Of a DNA stretch of 64,000 nucleotides, positions 38,271 to 49,777 are shown piece by piece. Under the pieces are notes generated by a model. The model did no database searches, had not been told where the DNA came from, and saw only the letters and a program-made list of their open reading frames with translations. Positions within the stretch are counted from its first letter, which is position 1. Each line of letters starts with the position of its first letter. This stretch comes from Pavona decussata (lineage: Eukaryota), in assembly GCA_977016875.1 (NCBI GenBank), contig CDRNST010000025.1, forward strand, positions 1,364,001-1,428,000, given 5' to 3'. The translations under genes and the position numbers were made by a program.

Positions 38271-38626
38271 AGCAAATCCTCCAATCACTGACACCCAAAT
38301 TGAGGATAGAAATGCGTCATTTATGACCATCAACCATGGTGCTACCTATATTGATACACCGCTGCTACAGTCGACACAATCGCCTGATCAAGACCAGTAG
38401 TATAGCGGTCAAAACATCACGATCAACACCCATGTGACACAATCGAAAGGCAAACGATTAAGTTTGATTTCACAGGCAATTTTATCTTTTAATAATTTTA
38501 TTTCAGACGTTCAATATCAGCAGTATTGATATGATAAATGAGTAGGAAGGAATGCGACCCTCCGTGTGTTTTTACTTTAATTTCGATTACATTGATTAAT
38601 TAACTTGCTGAGATAGAGCGTAACAG

Positions 38627-41600
38627 TTAGGGTTCAGTCACCCAGCAATTTCCCGGTCCATTTGCAGGATCAGAAACCATCTGTTTGCCGGTTTCATTGC
38701 TGACCTTGGTCCCGTCAGAGGCGTCAGTAGCCTCAGTAGCGACGCTTACTTTGCCACCACTGAGCACCAGGTACTTGCCTCTTTTGTCCTGGCTTTCTAA
38801 CTTGAACCCACCAGTAGCAGGCTCCTTTATAAATATACATTTCGGTTCATCTTTATCCTTTTCGCCCTGTTAAAAGACAGAAATAGGAAGCTTAAGCAGC
38901 GACGACGGCAACGGCAACGGCAACGAAAACGTCACCTGATTTATTTCATTTGCGCTACTTCGCGATTAATTCAACTCGCTCAACTTCTACAGAAACGGAG
39001 AACTATCAAGGAACCAAATTGATAGGAGTGGCGTTCTAGTTAAGAAGGAAAATGAAAAATTCACTGTCGTGCGTTCACGTTCTCCACAAAACCTTAAATG
39101 TGGTCATTTCACGTTGATCAATTGTTTTTGCTCATTAAACCTATTGCTTTGAGGCGTTGTCGTTGCCGTCGCCGTCGTCGTTGCTTAAACTCTCTAATAC
39201 CAGAAAAGGGACCACCTTGCCTTGGGTGAGGGTGGGTGGTTACGCAACTGACACCAACTATAGGCAAAATTTTCAATGCAGTCTAAAAAAAATTGCGCGA
39301 GACAAGAAATGGAATATTCATTTTGCTTTAATGTTTTATACGGCTTCCCAACAGGAGGTTGCAATCTTATTGTAATTTTAAACATAAATATTCGAGACAT
39401 GAGCAAGACACAATCTGTTTTAAGGTAGGTGTCAAGAGATGCAGCTTAGTTTTGATTGAATTCATTTTGTAACGACCAAGAAAGCTGTCACGGTAATTTA
39501 TAGGGAGGGGTTTACATTTCCGCGCATGTGAATGAATCTGAATGCTTTTTTTCTCTTTCTTATCAACTTTATGGCCTTAAAATCCCACTCACATGTAATT
39601 CAGTTATCACTTTCTATAATTAGTCCAAGCAAAATGACTGATGACTAAAATTCACAGAAAATGCTAGTGGATTGTACTCATATTGTCGATATTAAATTTA
39701 GCGTTGACCCGTAGGATTTATTCCACGGTTGATATTTTTACAGTTATTTACATGCGAAATAACGCAATCATATGAAAAAAATACCACCCAAGTTACCTAT
39801 TCCCTTCCGAATGGTTCATAAACAACGAGTAAAATTAAACAGCCTTAGATCATGGCAAGCAAAGGCGAAAAAGTACTTTGATTCAGGGACATACGCAGAA
39901 CCGTGAACCTCTCCCTTTACAATTTTGATATAGGACATTCGGTGATACTGCTGTAAAAAATATTTGAAATTAGCAAAATGGCCAATTTTGAAAGTCAGTA
40001 CCGTTTCAAATAGCGAAGATTCAGGAATTCTTGCAGACGTTTGAATGAAGACAAGAAAAACTTGCTCCTTACTTATACCAACATCCAGAAAATTCACAGA
40101 CTTAATGAAACTATATCTTCGCTATCTCAAAAGGCAAGATTCTCAAAGTTGGCCTTTTTACTTTCGCGGTTGCACTGGCCATTTTAACCTTGGGTAAATG
40201 GCTTTTTCCTACTGGGAAGCATTTTTTTGTGTGTAACCGATTTTCCCAGAGTTATAATTGCCTCCGGGAAATTTTCATGGATACGTCAAAAAGAACAAAA
40301 GAATTTCCCTATGACAGTTCCAGAGATAAGTTGCATGGGTAATAATTAAGAACCCAAAGTGGCTCAACCAATCACGAGAAAGTGAAATGTACCAAACACA
40401 AGAAATCACATGTTGTTTACGTGCTGTGTTCATCTTGGCGCCAAATCGCAATTTATCGGCGTATAACCGAAAGCATGAAATCGATCAAAACCCACAGTGA
40501 ACCAAACCAAAGCTATTTTCTCAAAAGGAAGCTTTAGGGAAGAGGTCCAGTGTAACCGCACCTATGGTCTTTGTCAAATTGAGCCAAATCGACCAAATTA
40601 ATTGGCACGTGCCAAATGAAACCAAAATTCCCGCGAAACTGCAAGGGTTCATAGTTCAGGTAATTGTTCAACTTTGTCAAGTGACGTAACGTGTGCCCGA
40701 TTTCCTTGAACATTTTTAGAATAGTTTTTAAACACCCACCTTATTAAAAAAAAAACAACTAAAAATAATAGTAGAATCAATCCTAGACTTATAAGTGCTT
40801 TCAATTACAAAAATCCCTTTAATGTGATTCATATGATCAATCACCACTTTGAGTAATCGTAGCTGAAGAGTTCTGAAAGGTTTTGGTGTCACCACCCTTT
40901 ACAACGCCCTTTTAACATTTGATCATGTGGATAACACGTGATTTTCGTTCTTGTACATCCTCATTGGTCGAACGTCAGCGTATGTGCCTGTCAATCCTTG
41001 ATCACGAGCGTTTTTAGACGACAAAGAATGCTGATGTTATTCTGTAAGCGAGGACAGTTTAATTGTCATTTTTCAATAGAGAAAATTTGCCACAGACTAA
41101 AAATGTTTTAAAGTAACCAATGCTAATGCAACTCAATACGGCTGTGTGACACAAATGTTTTCCTTTAAAAGACAAAACACAAATTTGTTCAAAATCTTGA
41201 TTTAGCCACAGAATAAACGTGAACTCACACGTTTCATTTGAAATTAGAAAAATTCCATGGTCAAATCCTTCATTAGGGTATTGTTTGTATACGACACTGA
41301 CGTTGTTTCGAGGCAAAAACAATAAATTCTTGATCAGCTTTTCCTGATTACAACCAGAGTGAAGGGATCAACTTTTGTTGCACGTCTTGAACATTTATCA
41401 TTCTGTTCGAGTGTATTAATAAAGTGTTCGCTCGATGACGACTTTGCAAGGGTATGGGTACTCAACGAGAATATTAAACCAAGGCACTTCAAATGCTGTT
41501 TTCTGTGTTTCCAGATCGTTTAGTTACCTTTTAACCCTTTAAGCCCTAACAGTGATCAGCATCAAATTTCTCCTTGTTATATCAATACTTATTCAACCAT

Positions 41601-43252
41601 GAGGTCATGGGACTTTAAGATACAATCATTCAAGATGAATTGTTTTGGTATTTCAATAACTTCTCCCAAGTACTTTTATGAGAAAAGTATGGGGCCAAGA
41701 TATGAGAATTTGTTCTTTGATATTACGGGTTAAAGGGTCAAAGACACATTTGCGTGTGCTGAATTAAATGATCTGTTCTGCTGCTTAAGTTGAAAATTTT
41801 AGTTGCAGAACCTTTTTAGGAAACGGAATCTTCTCTCCCGAATTTACGAGCTGTTGTTATCTTTATGAAAATGTTGGCTGGCCTTATTTCGCATTTTAAA
41901 CGAGACATTTGCGCCTCCGAAAATGAAAGGAATTGATTTTACAGTGTCGTGAAATTTTGAGCCGACATTTTGCTGAAGAAAACTATAGATTTTCTTGAAA
42001 ACAAAATACGAATTTCTGAGGTGATTAAGACCTTCCAAACAGATGTCAACCGAAATAAAGCCATTGGATGCTCCTGGAAAGTGACATCACTGCTTAATGA
42101 TAAGAAAAAACGAGTGCTTTTAAACTTGTTCACGGGGGTAACGAAAAACCCGGAACTAAATTCTTTACGACTGGTAGAGTAGTTAAGAGAAGTCAGAGTA
42201 GTGAAAGAGTACTAATTTATCACTCCGTTGCCAACAACAAATGTAAGGCCGTTTTTTGGAAAGTACTTTATTCTTACTAATTCGGGTTTTTTTCACATAA
42301 TTTTTAGGCCTTTTAGACGTATAATTTCATATTTTCCCATTAGATCTAAATTCTAGTATTTTGTAGTATCCTATTTTATAATGTAAAGTAAATCGTAATT
42401 CAGCTCAGAAACTGCAATGATTTATCTCATTAAACCTATCGGCTCTGTCTATCACTCTCCATCTCTCAGAGCCATTCACACAACTGGGCACTTATACGGG
42501 GTCACTAAATAGGAAGCTTGAATGTGTACTTGCAGTAAAATAGAAATTTATGATACTTACGAATAACTTGACAATTAGGCGCCCTTCCTCATCCTCCTGG
42601 ACCCCAACGTACTTTTCAGACGCTTCCAACCGTACGGAATCTCCTTCCGGAGAGATTTTCTTAATTTTGACTAAAAAAAGAAATATGATCACATTTTAGT
42701 TTCATTACGAAATGTGAAATTTGTAAAGCCATATGTACACCAGCTTGGAATAAAATTATCAAATGCAGTAATGTTCGTGGGGTATTTTAGGCATGCTAGG
42801 TACAGGGGACCACTCAATGAAAGTATTTTCTTCAAACACACGTAGATACGAGGAATTGAAAACGAACCCAATTCTTCGCACTTCTCCCATCACACAGCAT
42901 CAAGGGTTCTTTAATTTCCTTTATCAATCAATCTGTCACACTCAAGTAAAGATTAAGCAAAAAATAAAAGGCTACAGGCGTAACGTCCTTGACTGAAAAA
43001 GCGGCTGCCTTAACTATGGATTGACCTGCAATTCAACTTGAAGTTGACAGTTCTTAGTCACACCGCTTAAAAAAAAGCTACGTTTTGGCGACAGATTTAA
43101 TTAAAGGAGTTCCAGAAATTTTTTTATTACTTACCAAAGTCCTTACCAGAGTCGTCTGTTTTTTCTTCGATTCCTTTTACTTCGTCGTTAGTGATGCAAA
43201 GATATTTTTGACTTTTAGACCAACGCAAGTAAACTTCTGTTGTCTGCTCCAT
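38627..43252 (-). CDS. Divergent FGF-like beta-trefoil gene C; exons 43252-43135, 42670-42561, 38866-38627; 155 aa
   Basis: MEQTTEVYLRWSKSQKYLCITNDEVKGIEEKTDDSGKDF/VKIKKISPEGDSVRLEASEKYVGVQEDEEGRLIVKLF/GEKDKDEPKCIFIKEPATGGFKLESQDKRGKYLVLSGGKV... Same phase 1/0 intron pattern as A and B, strong GTAAGT donors, and retained YL, KYVG, GRL and CxF motifs. Confidence 0.78.
38884..39196. mobile_element. MITE-like element just upstream of the exon-3 acceptor of FGF C
   Basis: taggaagcttaagcagcgacgacggcaacggcaac / gttgccgtcgccgtcgtcgttgcttaaactctcta. Confidence 0.75.
39505..39845 (-). repeat. Inverted duplicate of 46085-46430
   Basis: Reverse complement matches gaaccattccgaagggaataggtaactcgggtggta...atgtgagtgggatttttaaggccataaag. 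Confidence 0.8.
40877..41312 (+). repeat. Direct duplicate of 43334-43783 (5' flank of FGF C)
   Basis: aaaggttttggtgtcaccaccctt..acaacgcccttttaacatttgatcatgtggata...tagggtattgtt..tatacgaca at both sites. Confidence 0.85.
41535..41737. mobile_element. piggyBac-like MITE (TTAA-CCCT termini); related relic at about 1955-2110
   Basis: ttaaccctttaagccc ... gggttaaagggtcaa. Confidence 0.55.
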
Positions 43253-45144
43253 CAAGCTGCGATAGTGGATAGCAAGCGAGATACTATTGAAAGTTCTCAG
43301 TAAGAAATCGTGGCTGATTACTGACGAATTCTCAAAGGTTTTGGTGTCACCACCCTTCACAACGCCCTTTTAACATTTGATCATGTGGATATATAACACG
43401 TGATTTTCGTTCTTGTGCTTGCTCATTGGTCGAACGTCATCGTATGTGCCTGTCAATCCTTGGTCATGATTATTTTGCTTTTTTTAGACGACAAAGAATG
43501 CTGACGTTATTCTTTACGCGAGGACAGTTATCATTTTTCAACAGAGAAAATTTGCTACAGACTGAAAATATTTTAAAGTGAGCGATGACAATGCCCACTC
43601 AAAAGGGTCGAGTGGCGCAAATGTTTTCCTTTAAAAGACAAAATACAAATTTGTTCAAAATCTTGATTTAGCCTGAGAATAAACGTGAACTCACTCGTTT
43701 ATTTGCAATTAAAACTGAAAAATGACATGGTCATATCGTTATTAGGGTATTGTTCGTATACGACATTGGGGTTGTTTCGTGGCATTGCTTGAGTTACACC
43801 TTGGTTTTAATTGCGGTCGACGTAGACAAAGCTCACTCCTGATAAAGATGGGAGTCGAGATTACATGGGACAACGTTAATTTTAACAGATAAATTTTGGG
43901 ACGTGTATCTAGCATCCCCCGCAGGTTTTGAATGGGCGGATGACATAATCACCAACTTACAATTAACCTACGATCAGGGGTCTGTTTTTTCCAAGCAGCT
44001 TACAATATGGAAGTAACAAGCCAATGCATAAGATATTCAGTCAGGAAATAAGAAAATGAATCTACAAGCTGATCTTCTGTCACAAGATGCATCTGTCACA
44101 AATGAAAGGAAGACCGCGTAAATAACTTTACACTTCAACCTTTCTCTTATATTCGGTCTCGATGATTTTTGGTACCAAATTTCACCATGCATTCACCATG
44201 CATTATACAAGATGCATTAGTTCTAGACTACAATTTTCAATGTAACAGCCAAATTTATCACTAGTCAGAATTGAATTGTTTTTAACAATACTGAAATTTA
44301 TTGTTCTTTGACAACAACCAAAAGTCGCCAAAATCCATCAAATCGGCAGACGTCGAAAGAGAAAAAGCTCGGGGGCTCGAAAGAAGCTCAATTTCATTAT
44401 AAATTATTAAGCCTTGATTGCAAAATTACAGGATGATCCGTGAATAGTTCATTGAACACACACAAATTGGCGGATGTACAAATGCGCATGCGCCAGGTAT
44501 AGACTGCTGATCTGATTGTACGCAAATGCTACAATCCGTTTTAGCACAAATGTGTATCGTTCTTTCGAAAGTAATTTTTGTCTATATACTCCACCGTTTA
44601 TTTTTTCTTAGTTAACGGCTTAAAACGGGATAGATCCCTTTAAATTCTGTTTGATTGTCTTAAGCTTACCCTATCCTGTAGCGATTCTTTTTTAAAGGTA
44701 CAAGAAATTGTTTCTACTTTTAGCTCTACATTTGAATAAGGAGAAAATTATTTTCTCTTGCAGAAATAGCAATATTGGGGTCAAACTATTGTCATATCGA
44801 GATCAATCAGTACTGAAAATTTTGGCGAAAAAATTGGCCATTGCTTCGGATATTGTTGTGGCAAGCCTAGAGAACCTCTGCAAAAGTCAGCTAAATCTAG
44901 TGCTGCCCGCCCCAATATCAGTTCAGCGGAAGCGACGGAGAAGAAAATACCGGCTCGTGTATACAATCGGTATGATGTAAAATATATAGTTTAAAAATAG
45001 CCTTGTAGTTTTGGCAGTAGAAAATTTTTGCCGGTGTGATTGTTTTCACGAAACCATTGATGGAACCGAATTTACAAAAGAAATTCATCTTGGAGACACT
45101 TCAGGGCCCAAAACAAGTCGAATTACAGACAAGTAAGACAAAAC

Positions 45145-48100
45145 ATGGATGGTTTGGTAAGAAAATGTTCTGCACAAACTCTGTTGTTTTGTCGTAACGG
45201 TGCATTCCTTCGAGTCACCGAAGACGAAGTTCAAGGAATTATTATCAATCCCGATGAAGATCAAGATGATGCATACAGTAAGTAGCATTAAAAAAAGAAG
45301 AAGCTAAAACAGAAAATTTTAAACGTTGTCATGAAGAAAGAAAGACATCACTCAGTATTTCTCAAACTGATTCATAATTCATGATCTTAATTGTCATAAA
45401 ATTTGATGAACGTTTGCTTTTAATTTCTCTAAAGACTGTTTCATCCTATTTTGAAACAAAATCCATTGTCTCGTTTTCTGAACACACTTTTTCTCGTGTT
45501 TGATGTATAACGTCAAAAATGCGGGACAACGGTGTTTTTTCCACCAATACTGTTAGCCCAAAGTTCGTTAACAAAGGTGGACGGGTTCATTTCGTAGATT
45601 AATCTAGCCCGTTAAGTTTTTGACGTTTTATCTCGTACTGCGAACTGTTAACAAAATTTTATTGCTTAAAACATTTTACTTCAAAATATTCATCTCACGA
45701 TGTTAGTTCATGAGATTAAATGTAAATACAACTGATATAAAACGTAACTGGTTCTCTAAAAAACTCTAAACTACAAGAACCATCGGAAGCAAAAGGAAGA
45801 CATAACGACTTCCGCGTAGGTTTTCCCAGTTTACATAAAATTTTTGGCCGGCTCAAAGAAGATATATTTAAAAATAAAAAAATTAGCTATTTTTGTCTGC
45901 CGATATGAAAAACAGGAAAGTGAAATCCTACATGACAAAAACATGTGATGGGCTGAGTAGCATTTATCTTCTCCACTAGGAATCGATCGCTTGAGTCTTT
46001 CGGACACGCTCTGGGTATTTAAATGGAAGGGTTCACGGTTCTGCGCATGTCCATGAATCAAATTGCTCGCTATGACCCAAGCCTGATTAATTTAATTCGT
46101 TGTTTATGAACCATTCCGAAGGGAATAGGTAACTCGGGTGGTAATTTTTTTATATGATTGCGTTATTTCGCATGCAAATAACTGTAAACACATCAACTGC
46201 GCAATAAATCCTACGGGTCAACTCTAAATTTAGTATCGACAATATGAGTACAAACAATTCACTAGCAATCTTCTGTGAATTTTGGTCATCAGTCATTTTG
46301 CTTGGACTAATTATAGAATGTGATTACTGAAGTACATGTGAGTGGGATTTTTAAGGCCATAAAGCTGATATGAAAGAGAAAAAAGCATTTTGATTCAAGC
46401 ACTTGAGCTGAAATGTGAACCCTTCCCTTTAAACACTGGGCTGCTGACATACTGGTAACAATCTAGCCAAACGTGGAGCGAATTTTATAAAATTAAAGAT
46501 TTCAAAAATGGATGTGCCAAAAATGTGTTAAGTCATCGAGTGTGTTTAAACAAATGTATTGCAGCGTCGAAAGAATGTACGTTGCTTCTTCTGCTTGCTT
46601 TAAGTTACGTTGAATATGTTATTGGCAATTTATTTTAAAGAGCTTGAGGAGAATACAAGTCGGGAGGTTCAGTAGAGGTGTATTGTATAGTACGGTATGC
46701 CATGGTGCGTTGCCATGGTTACGATGCATCACGTTTCGGTATGGCAGATATACAGTTTTGCTTTATTTTTCAGTCATTCTAGAAGTCATCTCTTTTTATC
46801 AAGTAAACGAAAACGAGGTAGAAGAAAACAAAGTTGAAGATAGAGTAAAAGGCGAGCAAAAAAAGCGAAAGAGAGACAAAGGAAAAGGAAAAGGAAAAGA
46901 CAAAAGCAAACTAGCGCAGAAAGTCGACGAAAAACGCGAAGTAAAAAGGAAGGAGCAAGAACAAGACGTGCAAATAATAAAAGCCATCCGTGGTGTCGTT
47001 TCCAATAAATATATTGCGATAGGTGACCATGGAAGACTTGAGACTACCGTAAGTATATTATCAACTTCTTTTTCCCTAAATGTACAGTGGAACCTCTCCT
47101 TACGGACACCTCTTTAATACAGACACCTCTCTATTACCGACAGTTCACTTGGTCCCTTGGAGACCGAAATCTGTATGGAGTGTGTGCACGGCGGCCATGT
47201 TGGAGGACTAAAACAATAGAAGATGTTTGCATAAAAATAGAATATATTTCCCAAAAGAAAATCATTGTATTGTTTTGGTCCTCCAACATGGCTGTAGTGC
47301 AGACACTCTTTAGAGGCTACCTCTCTAAAAAGGACACCTTTATAATGCGGACACTTAACCCTGTCCCCTTGGTGTCCGTAATAAAGAGGTTAGACTGTAT
47401 TTTATTTTTTGCGTGTCTCAGCATTTTGTTTTCATTTCTCGCTTACCTCACGTGGTTTTAAGGATGCTGCTCTAGCTGACTTTAATGACCAGCGCTTTTG
47501 GGTTATTATGAAAAAATTAGGAGTGTTGTCACTACGGTAAGGTGAGGTGTTTGTACCCCTAACCTGAGTATCAGGCTTTTGCACCCCTTGCTCAATTGAA
47601 TTTATAAACAATCAACGTCAAAATTACAGAATAAAGTGACAAAATCCCACAAAGAACGGAGAATAACAAAGCAAAAAAAAAAAATGTTTTGTGTTGCATC
47701 ATAGTAGTCACAGTGGGTATAACTGTAAGTATTGGTGCTGATATTAATATCTTAATATTAATATTAATATAATATAATAATATAATACTAATATTCATAT
47801 TAATATCTTTCACGAATTATTTTAAACAGATATGAATTCTTTTCATCTTTGTAAAGCGCTTAGAACAGGATTGGATAAGCGCTATATAAGTAGTTATTAT
47901 TATTATTAAAGGGTGCGGGCTCAGTTGAACGTTCACAACTTTTCTTAATCAGTGTGAACAAGTGCTAACAAATCTCTCAACGTTTTCGGGCACTTATGTC
48001 CAGAAATGCACCTAACCCTGAATTTGGGTACTTCATATAAAACAGACCTTTTTGTCGTTTTCATATGACTTCATGTTTGACAGAATTATGTGTGTGTTAG

Positions 48101-48591
48101 TGAGAATTAAGGTTAGGGGACACCTTGTGATGTCTATCATACAGGTCATGAATCTCATTAGCGTGCAATTCTGGAGATATCTCTCTTCGGAGAGGGGGTT
48201 GGGGGGAGGGGGGAGGGGAGTCGGCCCAGCACTCCACGGACCATAGGAGACCGGAAAGAAGCCCGGTCTGGATAGGGTTAATATTATAATTGTTTTAGGT
48301 CTTTGTGTTAGTTTTAGTATGATGCAGTTACCTTTCTGACAGGACACCCTAAATAAGGATTGTGTGTTGACCGAGCACCTGAGTCACACAACTGGTTACC
48401 GATGGTTCGAGTACAGATACCACGCCGGAAAGAGCTTGGTGCTGACAGAGGATGAAACGGAACTGAGTGAGCGAAACAGGGATTTTTTATATCTTATTAA
48501 TGGCGTTTTTCAGCCCTTCGAGATAGATTGCAGAGACAGCCTACTTCGTTACCATAATTTCGCAGCTTCGTCAATGCCATCTTTTTTGTAA
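45145..48591 (+). CDS. Divergent FGF-like gene D with a large charged insertion; exons 45145-45277, 46774-47048, 48343-48591; 218 aa
   Basis: MDGLVRKCSAQTLLFCRNGAFLRVTEDEVQG..DDAY/IILEVIS[K/E-rich insert]IIKAIRGVVSNKYIAIGDHGRLETT/DTLNKDCVLTEHLSHTTGYRWFEYRYHAGKSLVLT. Exon 2 is 275 bp = 104 + 171; intron phases 1/0. Confidence 0.85.
47085..47397. mobile_element. Tc1/mariner(pogo)-type MITE with a nested palindromic MITE (about 47175-47310); related relic at about 57460-57653
   Basis: ta|cagtggaacctctccttacggacacc ... ggtgtccgtaataaagaggttagactg|ta, TA TSD. Confidence 0.75.
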
Positions 48592-49777
48592 AGAGAATGA
48601 AATTTGTTTCATTGGTCAACTTAATTATTTTTTGTAAACTTCTTAGAATGCAGCCGTTTAATATATAAATCGTGGCATCATCAATGATGGACTCTGCAAC
48701 ACAAAAGTATCAACTGCTTCATCTGAAACAAACTTCGCAAGATTATAAAATTGTTCTCAGCACCGTAAAGAAACAAAGCTGAGGAAAATAACGATATTAG
48801 AGAAGCCAACTCGAGCAAAACTCTTTCAATCGATTGGCTGAAAAAAAAAAATGCTTTAGAATTAGCCAAAAAAAAAACTGTTGGAAAAAATTTGATTGAA
48901 ATAAATGCTGGAAAGAATTTTCTTCGTTTCCATAGCTTAATGGTGAATGTAAATTTATGGTAATGTATTTATATACTGCACATATCACATAGTCTAATGG
49001 CGGTTTACAATTATTCTGTGGGGTGAGATCGTTCGTTAGCATTTTAAGGCGCCAGAGGAAACCGCTGCAAGTAGAATACGCAAGCTATCATAGTCATTTG
49101 ATGACCTTAATTATGCGGTAGCGCGTTTGAGTAGATCGTCTTTTAAGGAAAATTCCCAACTCATTTCATAGCAATCGCTCTAAACATTCAAAACAGCAAC
49201 ATGAATAAATTATGGGCTCGTTTCTCAAACGATTCGGAAAGTTCCGTAATCTAGAGATTGGTGGTATTGCAAACTTGTCCAATGTCTTCTTAAAATTGAA
49301 ATCATAACGATTCTCTTTCTTTTTTTTTTTTTTTTTCTTTGCCCAAATCAATAAAAGGTTTAGAAACATTGCACATTCATCGGAACTTTCAAAAAACGGG
49401 CCTCGTCGCGTTGTGAAGCCAAAACCAATCAAACTTACGAGAAAATATTTTCACCACTCTCACTTGAAAACTCCCAATACCAATAGCGGAAGTTATTTAA
49501 ATCACGGCCGAGAATACGAATATCCGGACTGGGGCGAGCGAAAGACTCAAAAACTGTGCTAACATGTTGCATGACTTTTTCCAAACATTTCCAAGTGCGT
49601 CATTTGTTTAATTTATTGAGGGCTTTGTGAGTTCAATTAAAGCTTAAGGTATTGTTAGTTTTTAAAGTCACGTCAATTGAAGACTTCCTTTGGTCGCCGT
49701 CAATAGGTTGTAATAGCACGCATTGATCGCTCAGTAGAGAATCTCAGCTCTCACAGTGCTAGCTGGCCTATGATGAA

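Noticed and set aside
46644-46773. Upstream part of the 157-aa ORF as FGF D N-terminus
   Set aside because: It is intronic: a strong acceptor ends at 46773 and a proper FGF exon 1 exists at 45145-45277.
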